Notes: generated by a model not told the origin, from the letters alone. A stretch of 64,000 nt of DNA from a virus (IMGVR_UViG_3300009701_000004:27376-91375); one strand, 5' to 3'; positions 28,564 to 37,841 are shown, counted from the stretch's first letter. A program made the numbers and translations.

Positions 28564-29969
28564 TAAGCTTCTACTTCAAGCATTACCTGCGTTGAAGCTC
28601 CTGTTGTTGTAATTTGCACTTGATAATCAGCTACGGAACTTCCAAGAGTAATCCAAGAACTTACTCCTTGGTCAGTACCACTACTATTTTGTAAATGAGC
28701 CCGCACTTTACCGGATGTTCCTGAGTAGTAAGCAGCTATGTTCATAGTCCAATTACCTGCCGGCAGAGTTGCGGATAGGCCAAAAGTTATATTATTAGTA
28801 GTAGGTATTGCCGGACTAGTAACATAATTGGAATCGTTTTCCGTAACTTCATTTAATGTAGTATAAAACGAACCCGAGGGCATAGCAGTCCATCCTGCAG
28901 TAATAATATCACTTGCCGGTGTTACAGGATATAGGATTATAGATATAGAATCTGAAGACGAATCAGTATCTGTCAAAGACGCGGTGAAATTACCACTGGC
29001 TACTACTAATTCATACGCCCCGATATCCCAGGCAGACCCTTGAGGACGAGAAGTTCCCACAATATCATTTGCCGCTGGTACGTCAGTAGTGTCAGCAGTT
29101 CCATTGTCAACTAAAGAAGATCCGCTTGCTTTAATTCTAAAATCCATGGCGGAGCTGGTAACCCCGACGAATTGATTGGCGTACGTTAAGGATTGTTGGT
29201 TAGCTGAGCCGAAGCCTATAGTTCCATTAGAAGCATTATTACTGCCTGCCCAAGTACCTGCACTTGTATAGAAATTAGTAGCAAAACCAAAACATGCAGT
29301 ATTTGTAACAGTAAAGTGTTCACTAGACCCCGCAATGCCATATGCACTATTACTCACATCAGAAGGGGCTACGACAGTACAGTTAGCTATGTTCAAATAA
29401 TCGTAGGCTGCGGTAATGCCGCGAAGATTAGAAGAATTGGCTATGATTAAGGAATTAGATATCGTGGAATAACTACCCGGATTATACACTGCAATCCCAG
29501 TGCCGTTACCGTTAGTTTCTTGCAATATACATTGATTAATGTAATTGTTATTATCCGTTTGTAAACAAAACGATCCCGACCCATATCCTTGCAAATACAT
29601 CTGCAAACGATTTACGTAAACGTTCGGTTCACCGATGAAAAAGAGGCCGGTGTAAGATACGTTAACACGTAGCCCGACACCATAAGATTGATTGTATACT
29701 CCGGGATTAGTTGTAGCATTAGCATTGTCTACAAAAGACTGGCCCGCTGCTGCTGTAAAGGTAAGAGTATTGGTTGTATCAGTAGTTATACCAGTTACAC
29801 TTACCAAGATGCCTGAAGTGCTATAGAATTCTCCATCATTATAAAGAGAAATGATATAAGGGGTATTGGACCCCGAACTGGAGATATTGGCAGGTACATG
29901 AGAAAGTGCCGTAGCAATAGAGGTATAGTTTCTAGTACCGCCGGTACCAACGGTAATGGTTACTGCCAT
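28563..29969 (-). CDS. Beta-helix (pectate-lyase-like) tail spike/appendage protein
   Basis: Asn-ladder repeats; DFRIKASGSSLVDNG...DIVGTSRPQGSAWDIGAYE motif typical of beta-helix proteins. Confidence 0.6.
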   Translation of the reverse strand: MAVTITVGTGGTRNYTSIATALSHVPANISSSGSNTPYIISLYNDGEFYSTSGILVSVTGITTDTTNTLTFTAAAGQSFVDNANATTNPGVYNQSYGVGLRVNVSYTGLFFIGEPNVYVNRLQMYLQGYGSGSFCLQTDNNNYINQCILQETNGNGTGIAVYNPGSYSTISNSLIIANSSNLRGITAAYDYLNIANCTVVAPSDVSNSAYGIAGSSEHFTVTNTACFGFATNFYTSAGTWAGSNNASNGTIGFGSANQQSLTYANQFVGVTSSAMDFRIKASGSSLVDNGTADTTDVPAANDIVGTSRPQGSAWDIGAYELVVASGNFTASLTDTDSSSDSISIILYPVTPASDIITAGWTAMPSGSFYTTLNEVTENDSNYVTSPAIPTTNNITFGLSATLPAGNWTMNIAAYYSGTSGKVRAHLQNSSGTDQGVSSWITLGSSVADYQVQITTTGASTQVMLEVEA

Positions 29970-30319
29970 TATGACACCTTAGTTGTGGCGTTTAGTACAT
30001 CATCATTTTGTAATACTACAATGCCTTGGGTTCGACGCCCTCCTGCAAATTCTTGTGCGTTAGGCAGTTTATCTAAATCTAGAAGATGGCTTTTACGTGG
30101 GTAACGTTGCCCAGGCTTCATTAAATGTAATGGTGTGTGGAGGTCTTGTAAAGCTTGAGCGTGGGAGTGTAGAATAGGTGCCCGTATGATATGTAAATCT
30201 TGACGAGTTAATTCCAGGGCCGACCAATTCCACCCATCAGGTTTAATATCTAGTACTTCCCCACGCTGCATATGGTCGATATTAGGACCTTTAGCTACAG
30301 TTAACACAACTAATTCCAT
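29969..30319 (-). CDS. Hypothetical protein in tail operon
   Basis: Translationally coupled on both sides. Confidence 0.55.
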   Translation of the reverse strand: MELVVLTVAKGPNIDHMQRGEVLDIKPDGWNWSALELTRQDLHIIRAPILHSHAQALQDLHTPLHLMKPGQRYPRKSHLLDLDKLPNAQEFAGGRRTQGIVVLQNDDVLNATTKVS

Positions 30320-30850
30320 TTATTTGTACCCTAAAGTATTTAACAACGCTGCAGGTTCTTCGCTTGCCCAAAATGCTTCAACAGCTGGAGTCCAGTACTT
30401 AGTATAGTCACTGTAATTAGGGGTTCTCCCCGAGCCAGTCCAAGTACGAGTAAATCCACAAAGATTAGGGAAAGCAGAATCCAAGTAATTTACACCCAGA
30501 TAATTAGCCAATTTCCTAATTTCAGCATCATTTTTTATCAAATCTTCGAATTTTAAAATGAGGGTACTTGGATCATTCATCCATCCTACGAATTGGCTTT
30601 GCAATTTTACCGTATTCGTTGCAGCTGCAATGATAGTGCCCTCTGTGATATCTTTTCTTTGAAAACGTAACCAGCTAATTACAACATTTCTGGGGTCTCT
30701 AAAAATGACTATGTGCTTATCAGTGCCTTCAGGCAAAGTGTTGCCGAAAGGAATGTGGTTTACCATATAAGGATTTACTCCTAGCAGTTCACAAGCTTTT
30801 AACAGGGCGTGAGTGCCTGATTTAGGGCTACCGTTTACGCAAATAGTCAT
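30320..30850 (-). CDS. PAPS-dependent sulfotransferase-family protein
   Basis: 5'-PSB motif NGSPKSGTHAL; 3'-PB motif FRDPRNVVIS; LKFEDL. Confidence 0.75.
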   Translation of the reverse strand: MTICVNGSPKSGTHALLKACELLGVNPYMVNHIPFGNTLPEGTDKHIVIFRDPRNVVISWLRFQRKDITEGTIIAAATNTVKLQSQFVGWMNDPSTLILKFEDLIKNDAEIRKLANYLGVNYLDSAFPNLCGFTRTWTGSGRTPNYSDYTKYWTPAVEAFWASEEPAALLNTLGYK

Positions 30851-30861
30851 TTAACTTCCTA

Positions 30862-31488
30862 TTATGAAATAGAAGTAGAATAGCTAACAGTCAAAGTGTT
30901 AGTAGCTACAACTGGTTGAGCAGTACCGAAAGCACCTGCGCTATACAAAGTTCCCGAGGTGTTCATAAATGTTGACGAGGCACCCGTGCCTGTAACAATA
31001 AAGCAGCCATTGACGGTACCAGAGCCTGTAAAATAAAACGACAGGCCAGCGGATAATGCCTTAGTTGCAGTGCCAGAAGACACTGAAGATGCAGACCAAG
31101 CGCAAGTAGCACGAGTACCCGCACCACCAGAAGTAGTTCCTAATGTGTAAGTAGGTGCGTTAGTCGAACCTGCCTCAAGCCAGTTGGAGTGCGAAGACAT
31201 TGTGTCTCCGACAACCGGTGCGCCAGCATACGAGACTGAGCTGATCAAGCCCATGTACGGACCTACGACAGTGTAACTAGAACCTGCCAAGGTTGTATCT
31301 AATAGCAATTGCTTACCAACTGCTACAACGGTATTCTTCCACTTTTCTTCCCACAGCACATTGCCATCTGCATCTCTACAAACAGCAGTAAATACGCCGC
31401 CAACGGAAGTGTCGTCTTCAGCTACTGCACCTGTGCCAACAGCCGTGATAGTTTGTTCGTTTGAAATTACTTTATCGTTAGTATTCAT
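30862..31488 (-). CDS. Putative virion structural protein
   Basis: AGGAAG RBS for the next gene follows; beta-rich; VVAVGKQLLLD...GTLYSAGAF pattern seen in phage tail modules. Confidence 0.5.
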   Translation of the reverse strand: MNTNDKVISNEQTITAVGTGAVAEDDTSVGGVFTAVCRDADGNVLWEEKWKNTVVAVGKQLLLDTTLAGSSYTVVGPYMGLISSVSYAGAPVVGDTMSSHSNWLEAGSTNAPTYTLGTTSGGAGTRATCAWSASSVSSGTATKALSAGLSFYFTGSGTVNGCFIVTGTGASSTFMNTSGTLYSAGAFGTAQPVVATNTLTVSYSTSIS

Positions 31489-31492
31489 TTAA

Positions 31493-31681
31493 TTAAGCTC
31501 CTGACTCATCAGGTGTAATTTGATTTTCTAAAAACCACTTTGTGTGGTTTTCACCAGTTCCGTCTGTATATTCCACAAGATATTCTAGGGAATCATGACT
31601 TTCGTTGAATTGTGTCTTAACTACAGTTCCCGTAATTACTTGCACAATTTGTTTAACCTTTGTTCCTTTTGGTATGGACAT
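31493..31681 (-). CDS. Small hypothetical protein (SH3-like)
   Basis: First gene of the tail cassette; AGAG RBS; TAAAAT at 31775-31780. Confidence 0.55.
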   Translation of the reverse strand: MSIPKGTKVKQIVQVITGTVVKTQFNESHDSLEYLVEYTDGTGENHTKWFLENQITPDESGA

Positions 31682-31799
31682 TTGTTTCTCTCTTTTGAAA
31701 TGTTTCTGTAATACAAGTGTTCAGTGTTCTGTAGTCTTCCCCGTAACCGCTACAGCCGGAATGTGTATACGATTATTTTAACCCAACACTACAACAATG

Positions 31800-34700
31800 T
31801 TACATTTCGTCTATACTTTCAACTTCCTCTGCTTCTGGTTCATCTTCTACAACTTCTCCAGATGTGTGTACATTTAGAGATTTTAGAAATTTCCCAGTAG
31901 TAGTATCGTGTAAATTAAAAGTCCCTTTACCAGTTTTTACTATACCTATCGAACCATTTGCCAAAGCTTCAAACTCAGAAGTTTTTAATCCCAAAAGGCT
32001 TTTTACAGGTCTTTCAAATACAGGATTCACTATACTTTCTGCTAATTTATAATGGGTCCACTTGTTGCCTCTAATACCTCCAGTGGTTGAAGAATCGAAT
32101 AAACCACCTTTATCGGGTTCCAAATTCTTTGTTTGCAACATGGTAGGTTCTTTAATTTGACCATTGGACATTGATAAAATATCTTTATCTGTCAACGGAG
32201 AAGCTGTAATTACCCCATTACGAGTCTGTGTCTTAACCCCGGAAGCTGTTAAATAATTAAAGAACTTTTGAGTTGCAAAAGTCATTTTCGGTTTAGGCAA
32301 AGGTTGACCGGTAACGAATTTGTTCCAATATTCAGAATTCTCTTCGGATTTAAGAGTTGCAATTTCTTTCAAATTTTTACGAGCGTCAGATCCTAATAAT
32401 CCCAACATCTCCATATATCCAACACTCTTAGATCCTTCTTCACCGCCCTTGGTAGGTTGCATTACGTTATCATAGCCACCGGTACTACGAGCAGAATAGT
32501 TCTGGTCAGAAGTCTTATAAAGCTTAATGAAGTATTGAGGTCCAGTTAAAACTTTACCCAAATCTTTACCAGTAATAGGGTCAACCATCATTTCAGTATC
32601 GGAAAGGCCATGAGCTTTAAGTTCATTGTTCAACTCTACAACATTAGACCCTTTAGAGAAATTGTGAACTAGATAAGGTTTACCTGTTTTCTTGGCAATT
32701 TTTCCAGCCACGGTTTCCATCAATTGGCCCAAGTTAATACGGGATGTAACAGATGCCGGATTCAACACTATATCAGCGGGTTTACCGGTATCTTTCATGT
32801 ACGGCATTTGGTTATCATCTAGAATTTTAGACACAATACCTTTATTACCGTGCAGTCCAGTTAATTTATCGCCTATCTCCAACTCTTTTTCAGAACGCAT
32901 CAGAATACGTACCGATTTCCCTTCTGTATGAGCGTCCACAACAACACCTTCCTCGGTATGTGTCCAAGGCTCAGAAACGGGCTTGTAAGGCAAAACTAGG
33001 GTCTTGTGTAGCCTACCTAGCATCTTGTCCTCTGGAGTCGGCTCACGCTTCTCCAAAACGATATAAATAGGGTCCCCATTACGGAAGACCTGGCCAACTT
33101 TAGGAAAACCTTTATCATCTAATTTATCCAATTGCTCTTTGGTAAATTTGCCTGGAAAATAACGGGATATTAACGATTTCTTTAAAATAGTAGAGGGTTG
33201 AATGTCATAATCTACTTTATAGCAGTGGAGGCTAGATAGGCTGTCTGCGCAGGACTTGCTGATAACCAGACCGTCTTCGTGGTTATAACCCTTATACGGT
33301 AGGTACGCAACATTGAGATTCTTACCAAGCGCAAGCACCCCATTTCTAGTATAGTTATTATCTACTAGAGTAGTATTTGCTTTAACTTTATCACCTACTT
33401 TGACGAGCGGAGTTTCGTCGTTAATGAAACCCTTCATATTAAACGGAAGGTTTTTAACTAAAGGTATTGTGTGGTTTTTCTTACTCTCATCCTGGACTAC
33501 AATCTTATTAGCATCAACAGACATAACCGTACCATCTACGGGAGATACCGTCGAAACTACATTAGCTAATTGCTTTACGAAAGCTTTACCATCTTCATCA
33601 GTAGTTTGCACTAATGGCTGTTCACGATTTACCAAAGACAGGGCCTGAGGTATGCTTTTACCTGCCATGGTTAAGCGGCCAGGATGGTTGGAATTCAGGA
33701 AAGGGACTAGATTAGTAGTAACCGTGTACATATCGGTAGTATCGGCAAGCCAGTAATCAACCTTGCTTCTATCTATATCCCCCAACTCTCCCTTAATCTG
33801 TGCCTGTACAATCTTCTTTCCTTGTTGATGAGGAAATCCTATAACAGAAGACATAGCTTCCTGAACTGACAGAAAATGTTCTTGACCTTTATTATCTACA
33901 ACTCTAGAATAGAGATTACCATCCTTATCTCGACGGGCAGAAATGGTAAAACGAGTATCAATACCTGCATGACCTGATTCTGGAGTACGGGAAGGGTCGA
34001 TAATACCTAATTGGGATGGATCCAAATCGCGGGCGGACATAGGTACACCTCTATCATTGGAGATACCCCCCTCTAATCCGCCTAGCACCGTAACTTTACC
34101 AACGTTTTCAAGGGACTCAATAGGATTTGTTTCTGACGGGGTGGTAACCAAGTCGGAGTCTATGATGTAAGAACTGAAAATCTTATTGAAAGGACGGGAT
34201 ATGACAGTGTTACGAATTTTAATAGGTTGCCCGGTCTTTTCAGCTTTTTCCAAAGAGTAGCTGATACGATTCTTTAATGTGGAGGTGAGCAACTTCTCTT
34301 TACGGAAACGAGTTTCTAAGAAATCTGGTAGGTTTTGAACAGATTTGAATTGTAAAGAATCTCGGTTATCCTCTTCAACTTTACCCCCGTGGACATCGAC
34401 CAATTTCTTAAGAGATAGCAAGATAGTTTCTGCAGTAATGCCGGTCAACGGCTTACCTAAGGTAACATTAGTAACTACTGCCGAAAGCGTAGATTCAGCC
34501 AAGGACGTTTTCAAAGCCAAGATCTTATCTTCTTCTGAAGCTTTGGTGTCCTTCTTATACGTTAATTTATTGTACAGGTCCGTTATAACCTTACTCTCTT
34601 TACCGGCTGCAGCTTTCAGGTTATCAATCCAAACTTCTGGAGGGATGTAGTGCGCAACTTCGGTCGGGCCAATACCAAATACGCGAGTAATCAATGGGGC

Positions 34701-35216
34701 AAGAAGAATTTTAGAAGATTTAACTTCTAGATAGAACAGGTTAGTAGTAGGATCTAGTGTAATGGAAAATGACGATCCTTTACCCGTGTTATACATGGAT
34801 TCAAGCTCACCCGTATCTCTTGAACGAACATACACGCCTGGACGTAGTTGTAGCTGAGATGCAATATTGTAGTTGTTCCCGCGGTAAAGGAGCGTATGCT
34901 TATTTGTCAAATGAAAACTATCCATTAGATTAAAGTTATCCTGCTTATCTATAATTTTCCCAGTAGCATTGTCGGTTAATATTAAAGTTCCTCGAATAGG
35001 GTAAGTAAGGGATTTACTCTGCAGGATAGCATCTTTCTCATCAGCTAGAGTGTAATCTTTATGGTCGGGATGTATATTAGAAACTGAAAGAGTATAATTT
35101 TTTGTTACAATGGGGAATTGGGTAGTAAGCCCTGCAATAAGGGCTTTATCTACACGATCTGTAACCTCTTTTGGGGAGGCGAATATCTTCTGTAATTCAG
35201 CAGCGGTCTTTGGCAT
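31800..35216 (-). CDS. rpoB: DNA-directed RNA polymerase beta subunit fused to the N-terminal part of beta'
   Basis: SQLQLRPGVY, TPESGHAGI, LVPFLNSNHPGRLTMAG, GYNHEDGLVIS, GDKLTGLHGNKGIVS, LNPASVTSRINLGQ, GYMEMLGL; then beta'-like SPLTDKDILSMSNGQIKEP...PDKGGLFD...WTHYKLAESIVNPVF. Confidence 0.93.
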   Translation of the reverse strand: MPKTAAELQKIFASPKEVTDRVDKALIAGLTTQFPIVTKNYTLSVSNIHPDHKDYTLADEKDAILQSKSLTYPIRGTLILTDNATGKIIDKQDNFNLMDSFHLTNKHTLLYRGNNYNIASQLQLRPGVYVRSRDTGELESMYNTGKGSSFSITLDPTTNLFYLEVKSSKILLAPLITRVFGIGPTEVAHYIPPEVWIDNLKAAAGKESKVITDLYNKLTYKKDTKASEEDKILALKTSLAESTLSAVVTNVTLGKPLTGITAETILLSLKKLVDVHGGKVEEDNRDSLQFKSVQNLPDFLETRFRKEKLLTSTLKNRISYSLEKAEKTGQPIKIRNTVISRPFNKIFSSYIIDSDLVTTPSETNPIESLENVGKVTVLGGLEGGISNDRGVPMSARDLDPSQLGIIDPSRTPESGHAGIDTRFTISARRDKDGNLYSRVVDNKGQEHFLSVQEAMSSVIGFPHQQGKKIVQAQIKGELGDIDRSKVDYWLADTTDMYTVTTNLVPFLNSNHPGRLTMAGKSIPQALSLVNREQPLVQTTDEDGKAFVKQLANVVSTVSPVDGTVMSVDANKIVVQDESKKNHTIPLVKNLPFNMKGFINDETPLVKVGDKVKANTTLVDNNYTRNGVLALGKNLNVAYLPYKGYNHEDGLVISKSCADSLSSLHCYKVDYDIQPSTILKKSLISRYFPGKFTKEQLDKLDDKGFPKVGQVFRNGDPIYIVLEKREPTPEDKMLGRLHKTLVLPYKPVSEPWTHTEEGVVVDAHTEGKSVRILMRSEKELEIGDKLTGLHGNKGIVSKILDDNQMPYMKDTGKPADIVLNPASVTSRINLGQLMETVAGKIAKKTGKPYLVHNFSKGSNVVELNNELKAHGLSDTEMMVDPITGKDLGKVLTGPQYFIKLYKTSDQNYSARSTGGYDNVMQPTKGGEEGSKSVGYMEMLGLLGSDARKNLKEIATLKSEENSEYWNKFVTGQPLPKPKMTFATQKFFNYLTASGVKTQTRNGVITASPLTDKDILSMSNGQIKEPTMLQTKNLEPDKGGLFDSSTTGGIRGNKWTHYKLAESIVNPVFERPVKSLLGLKTSEFEALANGSIGIVKTGKGTFNLHDTTTGKFLKSLNVHTSGEVVEDEPEAEEVESIDEM

Positions 35217-35237
35217 AATGTATCCAGTTTTCCAATC

Positions 35238-35543
35238 TTAACCTTGATATTCCAGGTAACGAAGCAGTACGAAATATTGCTGCATAAAAGAATAAGTGTC
35301 TCTTGAAAGTATCACTACTTCTTCCCCTTTCAACCCTTTTGTTTCAATACTCTCCAACATGGCCATATCTTCCAAATTGCATGTGTCTGCTTTAAAATAC
35401 CTTACGACATACTTATCCGGGTCTGGTTGAAAATCTTTCTTTTTAGCATTAGCAAATACTGGCATATCGGCTATATTGATAGGTTCCGGTCTATTAGCTT
35501 GAATAGCTCTAATAAATTCGTTTCCAGAAGCATTGTTACTCAT
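35238..35543 (-). CDS. Hypothetical protein between portal and rpoB
   Basis: Overlaps the portal stop; same operon. Confidence 0.6.
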   Translation of the reverse strand: MSNNASGNEFIRAIQANRPEPINIADMPVFANAKKKDFQPDPDKYVVRYFKADTCNLEDMAMLESIETKGLKGEEVVILSRDTYSFMQQYFVLLRYLEYQG

Positions 35544-37440
35544 TATTCATTCCCTTTTTAATATCTGTTTTTGATTGAGGCTTTTTACCATCAGTGCTAG
35601 GTTTCATTCCTCCGCTAGGCGGTTCTCCTCCCCCGCCCCCTTTGGAACCCTGCCCATCTGACCCCGTGCTATCATCACCTTGTTGTGCATTAGGATTATT
35701 AGGGTCACTTAACGTACCCATTCCCTGAGAAGCTTGACCTTCATTGAACTCATCTAACAAACGTCCCACCAATAAATACATAGGATAATCGGCGATTTCC
35801 AACTGATTCAACGTAGTCATCTGAGACATATAATCTACGGAGTACAATTGTTGAGCAATAGCTTGAGCCTGGCCTAGTTTAGTTAGATATTCGCTATCCT
35901 TGTCAAATTTATCTACCACCTCTTTACTTGCAACGAATACTGCTTGGTCTACTAAGAACTTAGTTTCAATATCCTTAATAGCTTTTGCCAACATGTCCTT
36001 TTGGCCACTCTCTAATTCATCAGTGTAATTCATGCCAAATGCTTCGTAAACGGTACTAGGAGAAACGGAATTATCCCCGGCTAAGGATTTCTGTGCCAAA
36101 AATTGACGCAAAGAATCATCATCTGTAAGTTTGAAATCTTGCAGCTTTACCGAGCAATACTCTAAGCTCAAATATTTGCAAATCTTAGCCATCATCCAGT
36201 CAATCAAACCCTGAATCTGTGAAGTGTAGACCAGCATTGTGTTTTCAAGCAACCGTAGACCTACTGACGAAGATTGCCAATTGGTAACGCCCATTAACAA
36301 ATCTCGACTAACCCCGAGACTCAACAATATAGATTCTTCCGCAGCTTGAATTTCTGCAGTTACTAGTAGATTCTTACCCTCTCCAGAAACGGTTTGGTAC
36401 CCAATAGGGACCGGTGCAATCAAAACATGATTCTTATCCTTTTTATGAGCAACCATCGCTCTTGTCATATGATTAACGAAATTTCTCATTGACATTGCAG
36501 CAACCGGATCACTTTGCCCAGTTTGAGCAGTAGGGTAGATTACTCGCAGAGGGGCCATATAATCAGAGCTGATACTTTCATTCGCCCTACGCAAAGTTGT
36601 TTGATAAAATACTAATCCAAACAAGGAGATCAGCGGGGGGATAGCGACCCCATTTAACTCATGACCAGCACTGACGTTCTTCAAGTGGTAAATGCTATCA
36701 TTGTCGAATTTGAAATCTTGGTTATTCTTAATGGCCTCTATGAAATCCCATGGGGTAGAATTAACGAATAGCCTGTCTCCCATATGAACCCGTTTCTTAA
36801 CATCATTAGGGATTTTGTAATAATATTCACATTCTCCGGTAATAGGATTATTATGCACGGCAATATTTAGAGGATCCCATTTGATCATATTCATATCTGA
36901 AATATTGGTGCTTTTAGTATCCGTTCTACGGAATTCTCCAGAATATCCGCAAGTAGGGCAAGTGCCTACAAACTTGAAATTTTTAAATTGCAAGAACTCT
37001 GCATTCTTAGCTGGATAACACGCCTTACATTCTTTACACTCAAGGGTGCGAAGAATGGGCCAATATATAGAAATGAAAACGTTGCCAACAGTATAGTACT
37101 CAAAGCCTACATTGTGGAGGGACTGTTTAAGTCTGAAACTCTTAAAGATTTCTTTATACTTATCAGATAAACGTTCACTCTTAGTATCAACTATAAATTC
37201 TGTAATAGGATACGTACTAAATTTACGAATAACCTCAGTAGTTACCGGGCTTTGCATAGTAATAAATTTAGCCCAGCGAATTACGTCGTGAAGGTTACGA
37301 GGTAAGAATTGATTAGCAACAGAGAAGAACGGACTATTGGTCTGTGCATAATTACCGCTTGAACCGAACGGTCCTACTGTACTCAATCCTGCGCTACCAT
37401 TTGTACCGGGGATTGGAGGTAGTGGGAAATCTGAATCCAT
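35536..37440 (-). CDS. Portal protein (putative) with CxxC...CxxC insertion
   Basis: 634 aa; GFEYYTVGNVFI, WDPLNI, IYHLKN, GVAIPPL, ILLSLGVS pattern; acidic/Gly-rich tail typical of portals. Confidence 0.65.
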   Translation of the reverse strand: MDSDFPLPPIPGTNGSAGLSTVGPFGSSGNYAQTNSPFFSVANQFLPRNLHDVIRWAKFITMQSPVTTEVIRKFSTYPITEFIVDTKSERLSDKYKEIFKSFRLKQSLHNVGFEYYTVGNVFISIYWPILRTLECKECKACYPAKNAEFLQFKNFKFVGTCPTCGYSGEFRRTDTKSTNISDMNMIKWDPLNIAVHNNPITGECEYYYKIPNDVKKRVHMGDRLFVNSTPWDFIEAIKNNQDFKFDNDSIYHLKNVSAGHELNGVAIPPLISLFGLVFYQTTLRRANESISSDYMAPLRVIYPTAQTGQSDPVAAMSMRNFVNHMTRAMVAHKKDKNHVLIAPVPIGYQTVSGEGKNLLVTAEIQAAEESILLSLGVSRDLLMGVTNWQSSSVGLRLLENTMLVYTSQIQGLIDWMMAKICKYLSLEYCSVKLQDFKLTDDDSLRQFLAQKSLAGDNSVSPSTVYEAFGMNYTDELESGQKDMLAKAIKDIETKFLVDQAVFVASKEVVDKFDKDSEYLTKLGQAQAIAQQLYSVDYMSQMTTLNQLEIADYPMYLLVGRLLDEFNEGQASQGMGTLSDPNNPNAQQGDDSTGSDGQGSKGGGGGEPPSGGMKPSTDGKKPQSKTDIKKGMNNE

Positions 37441-37469
37441 TGTTATAATACCCTTAATTGTATTTCTCT

Positions 37470-37498
37470 ATTTTAAAGCAATATGAATATTAAGTCAA
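37470..37498 (-). promoter_or_regulatory. Sigma70-like promoter TTGACT-N17-TAAAAT for the portal-rpoB operon
   Basis: Near-consensus hexamers with 17-nt spacer. Confidence 0.7.
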
Positions 37499-37529
37499 TT
37501 CCAATAGAATACTGTGATTTTGGTATAAG
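37499..37529 (+). promoter_or_regulatory. Phage-type promoter TTCCAA-N16-TGGTATAAG
   Basis: Exact motif, divergent from the portal promoter. Confidence 0.75.
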
Positions 37530-37577
37530 TATAGTATGTATAACTATTGCAGAGAATCTGTCAATTTAAGGAGCGAT

Positions 37578-37841
37578 ATGAAGAAGACTCGTCAGATACG
37601 CCAAGATGTTACTATCTGGCAAACCGTAGGCAGCAGGGTTTTCAAATTGAAAGGTTCGGGCCAAAATGCCGTTGGCAAAAATGATGAAATAGTTGAAGTG
37701 TTAATCAACGATTTCTCCATTGAAGTTCGGTGTGATAATTGTACAAGAGATTACATATCTGAAGCAAAGGAAATATTACTTGCCGAGCATATAGCGAATC
37801 TCCTAAATGCAAATCCCTGCTTGTCATTGAATCATCCGTAG
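37578..37841 (+). CDS. Hypothetical early protein
   Basis: TAAGGAG RBS before ATG 37578 (alternative in-frame ATG at 37536). Confidence 0.55.
   Translation: MKKTRQIRQDVTIWQTVGSRVFKLKGSGQNAVGKNDEIVEVLINDFSIEVRCDNCTRDYISEAKEILLAEHIANLLNANPCLSLNHP

Noticed and set aside
9019-31800. RNAP pieces as exons joined by introns or split inteins
   Set aside because: Each piece has its own start, stop and upstream promoter; no intein termini (C...HN) or group I/II intron features are evident; the gaps are filled with ordinary genes.
31800-35216. Host chromosomal rpoBC region or bacterial contamination
   Set aside because: The subunits are highly divergent and truncated, flanked by portal and tail genes, with no ribosomal-protein genes nearby.
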